Shown here: in pieces, positions 25,443 to 34,965 of the stretch
Numbering within the stretch: the stretch's first letter is position 1
How the letters are laid out: every line of letters starts with the position of its first letter
Source: a virus
Taxonomy: Duplodnaviria > Caudoviricetes
IMG/VR virus record: IMGVR_UViG_3300042465_000494
Location: 1-55,925 of that record
Reading direction: 5' to 3' (one strand)
Length of the DNA stretch: 55,925 bases
The notes under the pieces: generated by a model
Seen by the model: only the letters and a program-made list of their open reading frames with translations
What the model was told of the DNA's origin: nothing
Database searches by the model: none
Position numbers and translations under genes: made by a program

Positions 25443-26212
25443 CAACAATAGTCGCAAGAGCCGCTGAGTCTCTTCATTGGTACAACCGTGACGGCTCACC
25501 CCAATACACTGTCAAGGCCAAGAACGGGAACGACCGTGCCACCACCCTGCGGGACGCTCGAACAATGAACTTGGTTCCTTCGGTGACCACGATCATCAAG
25601 TGCGCTGCCAGCCCGGGTCTCGAGGCGTGGAAGCTCAACCAGATGCTTCTCGCTGCCCTGACCCTGCCTCGCGCCCCTGACGAGACAGAGGCCTCCTTTG
25701 TCCAGCGAGTCGTTGCTGACTCCAAAGAGCACGCAAAGATGGCCGCAGAGCGTGGCACGAGGGTGCATACCGCCGTGGAAAACTTCTACAGCGGGGTCAT
25801 GCAGGCAGACATGATGGAGTACCAGATCGGAGTGAGCACCGCACTGGAAGACAAGTACAGCATCACCGAGTTCGAGCCCGAGAAGTCGTTTGCCCATGAG
25901 CTTGGCTTTGGTGGCAAGGTGGACTTGTTCTCCCGCACGGCGTTTGATGGCCGGGGGCTGGTGCTGGACGTCAAGAGCAAGGAGTTCACAGACCCAGCCA
26001 AGGTCGATGCCTACGACGAGCACATGATGCAGTTGTCGGCCTACCGTAAGGGCCTTGGCATTCCAAACGCCGTGACGGCAAACGTGTTCGTCTCAGTGCT
26101 GCAACCCGGCCTTGTCGTGGTCAAGGAATGGTCTCCAGAAGAGGCGGATCGCGGCTGGACGATGTTCCAGTCACTTCTCAACTTTTGGCAAGCCAAAAAT
26201 CAACATAAGTAA
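25439..26212 (+). CDS. PD-(D/E)XK exonuclease
   Basis: PSVTTI, RGT.VH, E...GGKVDL, LDVK, QL.AY motifs. Confidence 0.85.
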   Translation: MTTIVARAAESLHWYNRDGSPQYTVKAKNGNDRATTLRDARTMNLVPSVTTIIKCAASPGLEAWKLNQMLLAALTLPRAPDETEASFVQRVVADSKEHAKMAAERGTRVHTAVENFYSGVMQADMMEYQIGVSTALEDKYSITEFEPEKSFAHELGFGGKVDLFSRTAFDGRGLVLDVKSKEFTDPAKVDAYDEHMMQLSAYRKGLGIPNAVTANVFVSVLQPGLVVVKEWSPEEADRGWTMFQSLLNFWQAKNQHK

Positions 26213-26223
26213 GGAAATTAAAA

Positions 26224-26442
26224 ATGGCAACTCAACAACGTGTTTATATTGTTGGCACACCCGACAACAAGGTTCGCTTGGTCAAAGCGTCAGTTCGCCA
26301 GCAGGCATTGACTCATGTGGCAAACCACATGTTTACCGTGCGTGTGGCATCTCAAGATGATCTCATCAAGGCCTTGCAAGCTGGCGCTCAGGTCGAGAAC
26401 TACCGTGACCCCGAGCAATCCGAACTCCCATTGGGTGAGTGA
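26224..26442 (+). CDS. Hypothetical protein, 72 aa
   Basis: AAGGA RBS; RLVKA....AL.HVA...V.VASQDD motif. Confidence 0.7.
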   Translation: MATQQRVYIVGTPDNKVRLVKASVRQQALTHVANHMFTVRVASQDDLIKALQAGAQVENYRDPEQSELPLGE

Positions 26443-26443
26443 C

Positions 26444-26593
26444 ATGGGATACGTCATCGGCATAACCTGCTTCATCGCGTGGCTCACCCATATCTTCACA
26501 TGCTTCTCGGAGGGCCTGTGGGGGTTTCTTCTTGCTGGCGCAATCATGTTTCCAATCGGCATTCTCCACGGCATGTGGCTGTGGTTTCAATAA
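26444..26593 (+). CDS. Small two-TM membrane protein, 49 aa
   Basis: Hydrophobic: MGYVIGITCFIAWLTH...FPIGILHGMWLWF. Confidence 0.6.
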   Translation: MGYVIGITCFIAWLTHIFTCFSEGLWGFLLAGAIMFPIGILHGMWLWFQ

Positions 26594-26602
26594 GGAGAAA
26601 AA

Positions 26603-26968
26603 ATGAAAGTTACGCTTGAAAAAATCAAGTCCAAAATTAAAGGCGAAACCTATTTGGTCTTGCCAGATGGCCGCAGCACCCTCTGCCTGATCACCCTTGA
26701 GAATGGCTACACCGTCAAAGGATTGTCTGCTTGTGTAGACCCAGCAGAGTTTGATCTGGAGCTTGGTCGCAAGTACGCCCTTGCAGACGCCACAAACCAA
26801 ATTTGGCCTCTTGAGGGATACCTCTTGGCCCAAAATATGTACGAAGCTACTTGTACTTGGAAAAGCTTACCCAAAATCGAGCCTCCACCAAAAAAGACAC
26901 ACTGGACTCAGACACCGGAAGGAAAAAAGATCATGGCAAACCGCAAACCCCGTGGAGGCAAAAAATGA
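26603..26968 (+). CDS. N4 Gp49/Sf6 gp66-family protein
   Basis: T.C...L.NG.TV.G.SACVDP..FD.ELG...A...IW.LEGYLL signature. Confidence 0.85.
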   Translation: MKVTLEKIKSKIKGETYLVLPDGRSTLCLITLENGYTVKGLSACVDPAEFDLELGRKYALADATNQIWPLEGYLLAQNMYEATCTWKSLPKIEPPPKKTHWTQTPEGKKIMANRKPRGGKK

Positions 26969-27195
26969 GCAATGAATTTTTGACACTCGAAGAGATCAAG
27001 AAGGCTTTCCGCAAGGTTCACCTTGACGAGAACTACAACTTTTTGGAAGAGGACTTGTCAAAGCTTGCCAACGCTTTTGTGGCGGCAGCAGAACCCGCCA
27101 TCGCTGAAGCGGAGCGCAAAAAGTGCGTGACCTTTGTCCGCTCACTGAACACGCAGGTTGCGCAGGCTCTTGCGGACTTCAAAGGCAAGGTCTAA
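26965..27195 (+). CDS. Hypothetical protein, 76 aa
   Basis: GGAGG RBS, ATGA overlap. Confidence 0.65.
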   Translation: MSNEFLTLEEIKKAFRKVHLDENYNFLEEDLSKLANAFVAAAEPAIAEAERKKCVTFVRSLNTQVAQALADFKGKV

Positions 27196-27225
27196 AAAAA
27201 GACCCTCCCCAAAAAGGGAAGGGTC
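27194..27225. terminator. Hairpin between convergent operons (U-tract on minus strand)
   Basis: A7 followed by GACCCT-CCC...GGG-AAGGGTC stem. Confidence 0.55.
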
Positions 27226-27300
27226 GTGAAGCTCCGTTTGTCGTGGCAACTGCTGGAGCAACTGGGGGAGACAGCCCAGTATTCGGAAACCCCGCAGAGA

Positions 27301-28734
27301 TTAACGTCCTGCGGGGTTTTGTTGTGCTTGACTCAATGGACTGGATTGGCGCATGTAGTCAACGATCATGTTTGCCATGGGAGCGGCCATAGCCAGACCC
27401 CCACCCACCACACGGGTAACCGGATGCGGGATGACGGCAGTGGCAGCACCCAAAGCACCGAGACCTGAGATCCCAGCCCCCAGCATGTCGCCGCGCTTGT
27501 ACCTCTCGGCTGCGTCACTGGCCTCAGTAACCGCACCAAAGCCTCCCAGAGCCCCTGTAGTGGCTGGGCCGAGCACGGGGATGTCCATAGCCTTGCGGCC
27601 CATATTGATCGCTTGACGGGCCAATGAGGGCTTCTGGGCAGGCAAAGCGCCTTGTGGGGCTGTAGGCGTGAACGAAGATGGCCCCATATTTGGCCCACCG
27701 GGTCTCACGCCGCCAATGTCTGGAGCCATTTGGGGGGTGCGCTGCCCTCGAGGGCCAAGCGTTGGTCGCATCTCGGTGGTGGGGTACAGCACACCGGAGG
27801 GGGTGGAGGTCATGCCGGGGGCGTTCGCCAAGATCTGACGGGCCTGCGGGTTGGTGGCTTTTATCTCGTTGGCAACAGCAGCACGCCGAGCGGTTTCGGT
27901 GTTGTAGCCTTCCTGACGGGCGCGGCCAGTCGTGCCCAGCGGATCGCCTTGACCGCCCTGCATGATGCGGGTCGATTGAGCGGATGGCTCTGGCGTCAGA
28001 GCGCCACCAGATGGAGCCACACCGGGTGGGGCGGCTGTTGGCAGTGCGCCAGCGGGTGCTCTGGCTGCCAGAGCTTTGGCAGTCCTGTCGGCCAGCGCGT
28101 CCACCGTTCTGCTGCCAATGCGCCCTGTGGCGTCCATCACTGTGCTTGCAGCAGCTCCCGCGCCAGCGCCCAAGGTCTGCATGAAATTGAGGCGCTTTTC
28201 AGCGGCTTGTCTTTCCATGTCCTCGTCTGACACATCCACAGTTCCGCTGCCTTCAGCGGGGGCGGCGTCTTGAGGGGCGCTTGCAGCCTCTTCGGTCAGC
28301 AAAACAGGGGGCAATGTTCCACCCGCAAAGTCAGACACGTTGGCAATGTATTGCAGGGCGTTGGGGCCAAGATCATCCGGGTTGTTGGTCTTGAAGAACT
28401 TTGCATTGGGGCCACTGTGGTAGCCAGCCAGAATCCGAATAGGGTCAACACCGATTTGATCGAGGCCAGACAACTGACGGATAAAACGCAAGCCGCCTTC
28501 GATGTTTTGGTCTTCGTCGTATGGGTCAACCCCCAAACCTTTGGCGGTGTTGGGCATGAGTTGCATCGGGCCAATTGCGCCCTTGCTTGACTCTTTGTCA
28601 CGGAACATGTTTTCCGCCATTGCAAGAGCCAAAGCAAAGTCAGGGTTGACCTGATACTTTGGAGCCATGTCCATGATCTTTTGGGCAACACGGCGCTGGT
28701 TCTCATCAAGAGTTGGGGTTTTTTCATCAGCCAT
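27301..28734 (-). CDS. Ejection/internal virion protein with lytic transglycosylase (SLT) domain
   Basis: AE(N), GAIGPMQLMPNTA, NI.GG, LAGYHSGP motifs; hydrophobic Gly/Ala-rich C-terminus. Confidence 0.85.
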   Translation of the reverse strand: MADEKTPTLDENQRRVAQKIMDMAPKYQVNPDFALALAMAENMFRDKESSKGAIGPMQLMPNTAKGLGVDPYDEDQNIEGGLRFIRQLSGLDQIGVDPIRILAGYHSGPNAKFFKTNNPDDLGPNALQYIANVSDFAGGTLPPVLLTEEAASAPQDAAPAEGSGTVDVSDEDMERQAAEKRLNFMQTLGAGAGAAASTVMDATGRIGSRTVDALADRTAKALAARAPAGALPTAAPPGVAPSGGALTPEPSAQSTRIMQGGQGDPLGTTGRARQEGYNTETARRAAVANEIKATNPQARQILANAPGMTSTPSGVLYPTTEMRPTLGPRGQRTPQMAPDIGGVRPGGPNMGPSSFTPTAPQGALPAQKPSLARQAINMGRKAMDIPVLGPATTGALGGFGAVTEASDAAERYKRGDMLGAGISGLGALGAATAVIPHPVTRVVGGGLAMAAPMANMIVDYMRQSSPLSQAQQNPAGR

Positions 28735-30257
28735 TATTTTTGCTCCTTCTTTTTAAGAGCTGCTTTAATCTCTGCAACCGTCGGTGTTTTTGATGGCCCC
28801 GCTTTGACGTTTTGATTCGGGAACATGATGGCAACCAGCTTTTGGTTGTAGCCATCCATCAACCTGTCGTACTGTTCAGAACGCTTGAACCTGTCTGCGT
28901 CCATGTTGCTGTCAAGCAAGGCGCGAGAGACCGTCTTCTCAAATTCAGCACGGGCATTCAACAGGGACAGCTTCTTTTGCAAGCCGAGCGGAGTGTCTTT
29001 CATGCTCGGGCCTGCTGCCAACATCATGTTGGTCTCGAGGTCAGAGTAAGCGCCTTCGCCCGGTGTCCTGCTGATCTTGCGCAAGTCCAAGTTGATCTGA
29101 GCAATCAACTGCGCAGCGGCAAGCTGATCAGCCTTGAGCTTCTTGTCCAAGCCAAAGTTGGTGAAGATGTCGCGGATCTCGTTGACTTGCGGCAAGCCCT
29201 TGCCACTTGTCTCGGCCAGCTTGAGCAAGGCAGAGGACAGGTCGTTGTCTTCGAAAACACCCAAGATCTGGCTGGCGTCAGCACGCTTTGCAATGACCCC
29301 CAAGGCGTTGTACATCGACTGACGGCTACCAGCGGTCTCGGCGTTGTTGATGATGGACTGGAAGCGGGTGTTCTCGCCCTTGGCGCGTTCAACAGCGGTG
29401 GTTTCCTTTGCCTTGGTCTGCGCCTCTAGGCTGGATGCGGAAATATCCGAAGGAGGAGCTGCAATGCTGGTTGTGCTTGTAGCTGGCGCTTTCTTGATGT
29501 CACTCAAAGGCACTGGTTCAGCAGACATGAAGTTCTTGACCCACTCTTTGCCCATGCCCTTGTTTCGATAGTCTTGGTACTGTTCGTACTGCCAAGGCAT
29601 CATGTTGAGCTTGTCGCCAATCTCAGGGATGGTGAACAACGACGGCGTCTGACCGGGAATTTGAAGCCCAGTTACATACCTTCCAGTCCTGATGTTGAAT
29701 GCCGTCCCATTCATGGCAAGCTTTATGTCGTCACCTTGAGTCTTGTACAAATCCAACAATTGCTTGCCAAGCTCGGGGTCAGCAGCCATTGCAGCGCGGA
29801 CATCGGTCATTGTGATGTCGCGCAGACCTTGAGGCGGCTTTGCGGGTTCACCAGTTGGTGCTGCGCTTACAGGAGCTTGACCAGCGCCAGTTGCACCAGA
29901 AGGAAGGGTTCCCAAAAGCACCTGCTGGGCTGTTCGTGCTTTGCGGGTGGCTTGACGTTGAGCCAGTTCACCTTGGGCAAGTTGCAGGCGAAGAGCGGCA
30001 CGCTCTCTTGCGGTTTTTTCCTCAGATTGAGCGGCTTCGCTGTATCCCTTGGCAGCATAACCAAGAGACTCGCCAAACGATCCTGTTTGAGTGGGCGCAA
30101 GAAAACCTTGGGCCAGTGCCATCCACTTGGGATCGAATGGCAGACGCCGCTGTTTCAAAGACTCGCTCAGGTCTTTGTACTGGGTTTTGATGTCAGAGAT
30201 CAGCTCCTGATCTTCTGGATCGGGAGAGTAAAGCGATGGTGTGTCAGTTTTTGCCAT
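28734..30257 (-). CDS. Putative ejection (DNA-transfer) protein, 507 aa
   Basis: Helical; GFLAPTQTGSFGESLG motif; position among ejection genes. Confidence 0.65.
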   Translation of the reverse strand: MAKTDTPSLYSPDPEDQELISDIKTQYKDLSESLKQRRLPFDPKWMALAQGFLAPTQTGSFGESLGYAAKGYSEAAQSEEKTARERAALRLQLAQGELAQRQATRKARTAQQVLLGTLPSGATGAGQAPVSAAPTGEPAKPPQGLRDITMTDVRAAMAADPELGKQLLDLYKTQGDDIKLAMNGTAFNIRTGRYVTGLQIPGQTPSLFTIPEIGDKLNMMPWQYEQYQDYRNKGMGKEWVKNFMSAEPVPLSDIKKAPATSTTSIAAPPSDISASSLEAQTKAKETTAVERAKGENTRFQSIINNAETAGSRQSMYNALGVIAKRADASQILGVFEDNDLSSALLKLAETSGKGLPQVNEIRDIFTNFGLDKKLKADQLAAAQLIAQINLDLRKISRTPGEGAYSDLETNMMLAAGPSMKDTPLGLQKKLSLLNARAEFEKTVSRALLDSNMDADRFKRSEQYDRLMDGYNQKLVAIMFPNQNVKAGPSKTPTVAEIKAALKKKEQK

Positions 30258-30266
30258 GATTTACCT

Positions 30267-31367
30267 TCAATCTTCGCCCGGATTGTAAGTAGGGTCGTAA
30301 CTGTATTCCTGATAGTCAACATCAATTGGGTTGTCTATGTAGCCAAAGTCTCCCGGGAATGCCGCATCGGATTGAACTCCGGTGTAAAAATCAGGGTCGT
30401 AACCGAAGTCTCCCGGGAATGCTGGGTAGGATTGAACGCCGCCGTAAGAGCGCGTATTACCTATGTTGTTAAATGCTTTTGACAGCCAATCGTATGCGCC
30501 ACCTGCAACACTTCTTCCTGTTCCATCTTTTCCTGAGCCCTCAAACAGCGCCTTGACCAAGCTTGCAGAGCCTGCAATCTGCGACAGCGGAGACTGCGCA
30601 TAAACGCCAGCCTTGGGGCCAAGGAACGTCTCTGTCGTACCGATGGGCACGTTGTAGCCACGCATGAGCGCAGAGGCGTTGATGGCGTTTTGCAGGGGCG
30701 CGTTGATACGGGCCTGCTCCAGTGCCTGCTGTTGAGCGCCAGCGCCCAGTTGAGCATTGATGCCAGCCAGACCCAAGTCTTGCTGTGCTTTTGCCAAGCC
30801 GCCTTGTATTTGAGCAGCCTGAGTTTTTTGCTGGGCATTTGCCAAAGCTGCATTCAGTGCTTGCGTATAACCCGTTGACAAAGCGCCTGTCTGCTGACCA
30901 GTCAAGTTGGACTGAATGTCAGCCATGGTTTGACCAGTGGCGTTGGCGTAGCGTTGACTGCCCAAACCACCAGAGCCTACAAACGCTCCCTTGAGTTGCG
31001 GGATCACGTTCCTGTTGACGTTCTGGTTGGTCAGTCGAGCCATCTCGTCCACCACGTTACTGGTGTACGGGTTGAGCATAGACTGGATGCCCTGCGGCGT
31101 GATGCCAGCAGCCCCCTGAGAGGCTGTGTTGATGGCCGAGGTCAGTGCAGGCTTGTAAGAGCCAGCCACGTTAGGAAGCTGGGCAAACGCCTGCTGCTGT
31201 AGTGGGCTGAAACCCGCCACCAATTGGCTGGAAGGCAAATTCAACTGCTGCGTTCCCGCCTTTGACAGCGCCGACATGTAGTCGGTGTAGTAGCTCGGTG
31301 CATTTGGATTGACCGAGGTTGTCGTTCTGACGTCTGGCAGTGCGCCGCCTTGGAATACTGATGCCAT
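30267..31367 (-). CDS. Putative ejection/pilot protein, 366 aa
   Basis: Q/A/G-rich; VAGFSPLQQQA, NPYT..VVD, GG.GS.R motifs typical of podovirus pilot proteins. Confidence 0.7.
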   Translation of the reverse strand: MASVFQGGALPDVRTTTSVNPNAPSYYTDYMSALSKAGTQQLNLPSSQLVAGFSPLQQQAFAQLPNVAGSYKPALTSAINTASQGAAGITPQGIQSMLNPYTSNVVDEMARLTNQNVNRNVIPQLKGAFVGSGGLGSQRYANATGQTMADIQSNLTGQQTGALSTGYTQALNAALANAQQKTQAAQIQGGLAKAQQDLGLAGINAQLGAGAQQQALEQARINAPLQNAINASALMRGYNVPIGTTETFLGPKAGVYAQSPLSQIAGSASLVKALFEGSGKDGTGRSVAGGAYDWLSKAFNNIGNTRSYGGVQSYPAFPGDFGYDPDFYTGVQSDAAFPGDFGYIDNPIDVDYQEYSYDPTYNPGED

Positions 31368-31377
31368 GGTCTTCTCC

Positions 31378-34300
31378 TTACGCTTTCAGGTAGTCCAGAG
31401 GGGACTTTTTAGCTGGTGGTGGCAAGTCTTTCTTGCCTGTAGATCTTGCATGCTCACGAATGTTGTGCATCATTTCGTAGAGTTTATCCGTTCCAGCCTT
31501 TGTAGAGCCATTTCCGAGTGCCGAAACAACGTCAGCCGGGAAGACAAACTCGCCATCAGCCAGCCATGCGGGAATGTCGTCGGACTGGCCGTCGCCCTCG
31601 CCAGCAACGTGCTTGCCCTGCTTGAAGTTCTCGCGCCCTTCGCTAACGGTTGGCAGCACCCCGTTGACATGCAGGGGCAGTGTCTTGCCGCCTTGCGCCA
31701 TCAGGGGGGTTGCCATGATTGCGCCGCCAGTTGCCATGCCAAGTGTTGCCGACTCAAATCCTTGAGCGTAAGGCGATGGGCTGTACGGGTTGGGCGAGAA
31801 GGGGCTTGCAGCACCCGTGTAGGGCTGATCTTCTGCCTGACCATAGTTGTAGTAGGAGTCACCTGTGCCGGAGGCTTGGGTGGGCTGGGTGGCTTGCATG
31901 GCCGATGGGTTGAATTGTTGGAACATCATTTGAGCTAAGTTTCCGTCGCCGCCTTGTTGCGTTGCTTGCTGAATTTGGTAAAGCTGGGACAGTGGGTCGA
32001 TGAACTTGTCTTTCGACAAGCCAATGTTCAGGTAGTCCTGCTCCAGTGGGTTGCCAGTAGGCAGGACGCCCTTCTGCGCACCGGGTTGCACTCCCGGCAT
32101 TCCAGAACCCGGGGTTCCGGGCAACACGCCCTTAGTAGTGCTTGACATGCCAGTAAACCGATTTGAGGTAACTTTTGGTTTGCTCAGATCCGTCAATACG
32201 CTGCTCACGCTTCCAAGTCGACTATCAGAATCGCGCTCAGGCCTGTCGGCAGTAATCACCACTTCGCCCATGTCATTGATGGTGTACTCAGGAGGGCGTT
32301 GAGGGCCATCTGACTCTTCTGGAAAATCGTAGTCCCGTTCAGGCCTATCCGCAGTGATCTCTATGGTGGGGACATTCAACAAGCCCTGTTGAGTCCACTC
32401 AAAAACCTCGTCTTCGGTTAGGTAGCCGTTCTCTCCGGTTTTTGGGTTTATGACGGTTGCAGTGCCGTCGTCATGGATGAAGACTCGCTGGTCTCCAACG
32501 GTTTGCCATTGGCTAGTGAAGGCGTTTTCGTCAAACGGAATTTGACCACCGTCTTCAACGTCACCGATGTCGTAAGCGGTAAACGCTTGATGCGTTTCCA
32601 CTTCACCAGTGTATGGATTTTTCCATGTGAACTCAGCACCAGCGCCCTTATCAGCACGGACTGCGGCAAGCTGCTTGGCAAATGCCACCTTGTCATCCTC
32701 GCTGCCGAAGAACTGATCGGTTGGCAAAATTTCAGCAGACAACTGGCCTGCAACGTTTCGCAGCGCATCTTGACCCGGCGTAAACGCCGCATCTATTTCC
32801 TCTTGCGTAGCGTCACGACCCAGCAAGCTGTTGTACTCATCGTTGACCTTGTTTGCTGCAACATTCTGCAAAGACTCTGGGTCAAGCGCATCGTACTTTT
32901 GCCCGACCACACCAAGAACATCGGTGACGTCAGCTTTGATGCCGTAGTCCTTGAACAGCATGTCTTGCGCATCGGTGGTGCTGAGTTGCCTTGTTCGGTC
33001 GTTGTCATACCAAACTTGTTTGCCGTCATCGCTTGTGAAACGAAGTTGCCCTTGCTCAATTGGATCTGCGTTGGCAAAAGCGTTTTTGCCGTCTTGCAAG
33101 AACTGACCATCTTTGATAGTCATGCCGTTGGAGAGCAAGATTGAGCCGTCATCTTGCAGCTCACCCTTGATGGCTCCGGTGTTGACGGAGTCAATCAAAA
33201 CGTTCTTCGTTGTTGCCTCAGCAACCGCTGCTTCGTATGTGCTGGTTGCGTTGTCGTATCTGGCTTTGTAATCAGCAAGCGTTGTTACGTCACGCTCGAG
33301 TTCAGTACGGGTTGTCGCCAAATCCTTGCCAACCGTGTTATCAAGGGTATTGATGCTGGATGTTATGGCGTCCCGCTTGTCTTCCAGTGCTTCGTAAGTG
33401 CCTTTGTTGGCGTCGTACAGTGTTGTGTACTCGGTATTTTTTGCGTTGTAGTCTGCGGCAAGAGACGTCATTTTGTCTGCGGCAGCATTTCGCTCTTCCA
33501 CAGATCTCGAGGTGTCGTCGTAGATGGCTTTTTGGGCGTCAAAATTATTTTTGATGCCGTTTTGATCAGCAACAATTTGATCCAACTTTGTCTGGATTGG
33601 CGTCCACTTTTGCTCAACCTCTGCTTGCCACTCTTGACTATCTTCTACAAGCTCTTGTCTTACCGTTTTATAAGACGTCAAGTCCGCATTAAATTCTGCT
33701 TCCCTTCCAGAAAAGTCTGCGGAAAATTCTTTGAAAGCAGTAAAGGCGTCATTTGTCAACTTCCCAAGCGCTTTTGCGCCAGCACTGTTGACTGTGTATG
33801 CCAAGTATCCTGCAAGCAACTCGTTGGGGTCTTTGCCTTGAGCCAGCGCAAGAATTGTCTTTCCAGCCATGGCTGTTGTTGAGTTCTTGAGGTCAATGTC
33901 AAGCTCGTCTGCAATTTCAGAAAAAGTAGTGTTGAGACCTCCGCTTAAAGCGCCAGACGTCAAGCCTCCCGCGATTCCCTCGCCAATGTCTTTGCCTTGA
34001 AGAGCTGCCGTCAAGCCGCCCTTGACCGCGCCAAGAGTGCCCTGAACAGCCGTATTGCTCAAAACGTTTGAAATGCCTTCTCCAAGAGCCGCAGTATTTT
34101 CTGCAACCCAATTTCCAAGGTCGCTACTCAATGACTTCAGAGTAATGGCTTGTGTTGTGCCATCCTCCAAAATCTCCGAGCCAAACTCCAAGTTGGAAAA
34201 AACTTCCTGACCAACGTAGGTCAAGGCGGCGGACTTGAAGGCGTCCTCCATGCTCCCGCCGTTTGCAAGCGTTACCGCGCCGTTTACAACTGGAAGAAGA

Positions 34301-34512
34301 TGCGGCGCATAAATGGCGGTAGCGATTTTTGCAATTGTCCCGATGGGGTCATCCAGCGCATTCTCAATTGTGGTTTTCACAATTTTGATTGCTGGCTTGA
34401 TGATGTTGTCGTTGATGTCCTCCAAGACGTCACCAATGCCATCAATGAGGTCGCCAACGGCGTCGCCAATCCCCTCGACTAAATCTTCAATAAAATCGAA
34501 TACCGCACTCAT
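31378..34512 (-). CDS. Large putative ejection/internal virion protein, 1044 aa
   Basis: Amphipathic acidic N-terminus, GxxxG helices, coiled coil, C-terminal GDGQSDDIPA.LADGEFV.PADVVS.LG.G domain. Confidence 0.7.
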   Translation of the reverse strand: MSAVFDFIEDLVEGIGDAVGDLIDGIGDVLEDINDNIIKPAIKIVKTTIENALDDPIGTIAKIATAIYAPHLLPVVNGAVTLANGGSMEDAFKSAALTYVGQEVFSNLEFGSEILEDGTTQAITLKSLSSDLGNWVAENTAALGEGISNVLSNTAVQGTLGAVKGGLTAALQGKDIGEGIAGGLTSGALSGGLNTTFSEIADELDIDLKNSTTAMAGKTILALAQGKDPNELLAGYLAYTVNSAGAKALGKLTNDAFTAFKEFSADFSGREAEFNADLTSYKTVRQELVEDSQEWQAEVEQKWTPIQTKLDQIVADQNGIKNNFDAQKAIYDDTSRSVEERNAAADKMTSLAADYNAKNTEYTTLYDANKGTYEALEDKRDAITSSINTLDNTVGKDLATTRTELERDVTTLADYKARYDNATSTYEAAVAEATTKNVLIDSVNTGAIKGELQDDGSILLSNGMTIKDGQFLQDGKNAFANADPIEQGQLRFTSDDGKQVWYDNDRTRQLSTTDAQDMLFKDYGIKADVTDVLGVVGQKYDALDPESLQNVAANKVNDEYNSLLGRDATQEEIDAAFTPGQDALRNVAGQLSAEILPTDQFFGSEDDKVAFAKQLAAVRADKGAGAEFTWKNPYTGEVETHQAFTAYDIGDVEDGGQIPFDENAFTSQWQTVGDQRVFIHDDGTATVINPKTGENGYLTEDEVFEWTQQGLLNVPTIEITADRPERDYDFPEESDGPQRPPEYTINDMGEVVITADRPERDSDSRLGSVSSVLTDLSKPKVTSNRFTGMSSTTKGVLPGTPGSGMPGVQPGAQKGVLPTGNPLEQDYLNIGLSKDKFIDPLSQLYQIQQATQQGGDGNLAQMMFQQFNPSAMQATQPTQASGTGDSYYNYGQAEDQPYTGAASPFSPNPYSPSPYAQGFESATLGMATGGAIMATPLMAQGGKTLPLHVNGVLPTVSEGRENFKQGKHVAGEGDGQSDDIPAWLADGEFVFPADVVSALGNGSTKAGTDKLYEMMHNIREHARSTGKKDLPPPAKKSPLDYLKA

Positions 34513-34514
34513 GT

Positions 34515-34964
34515 TTAGTCCCTTTCAGGGCCAAGCTTGAGCAACACGCCTGTATCACCAGATCGCATCTTCAAGACTTGATAGCCCATGCCTTCCCTTA
34601 CCGGGTTTTTTGCAATCATTCGGAACAGGTTCATGAATGAGTTGCCCATAAATTGTGTTTGCAAGATGTCCAAGCCAACGTCGTCGTAGGCCCAGCGCAC
34701 GAACTCACGGCTGTTCGCCATTAAGTTCTCTGCCGTGTCGGCGTTCAATGCTTTGAATGTTCCCCTGCGGTTGTTGCCCTTGTGGATGACCCACAAAGTG
34801 TTGCCAGTTTGCCTGACCACCGTCTTGGGCATGTTCAACTCAGCGAGGATGCCTGCAAAAGCTGCCGCAGGCGGAAACTTGTTGAGTTCCCCGCTGACGT
34901 CAATTGCCTCTTTGATGATTTCCATCAGGCCAAGTTGTTTTTGTTTGCTGTCTACGATTGCCAT
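34515..34964 (-). CDS. Hypothetical protein, 149 aa (possibly degenerate GNAT fold)
   Basis: Alpha/beta pattern; occupies the position of T7 gp13/P22 gp14 just before the ejection genes. Confidence 0.55.
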   Translation of the reverse strand: MAIVDSKQKQLGLMEIIKEAIDVSGELNKFPPAAAFAGILAELNMPKTVVRQTGNTLWVIHKGNNRRGTFKALNADTAENLMANSREFVRWAYDDVGLDILQTQFMGNSFMNLFRMIAKNPVREGMGYQVLKMRSGDTGVLLKLGPERD

Positions 34965-34965
34965 C

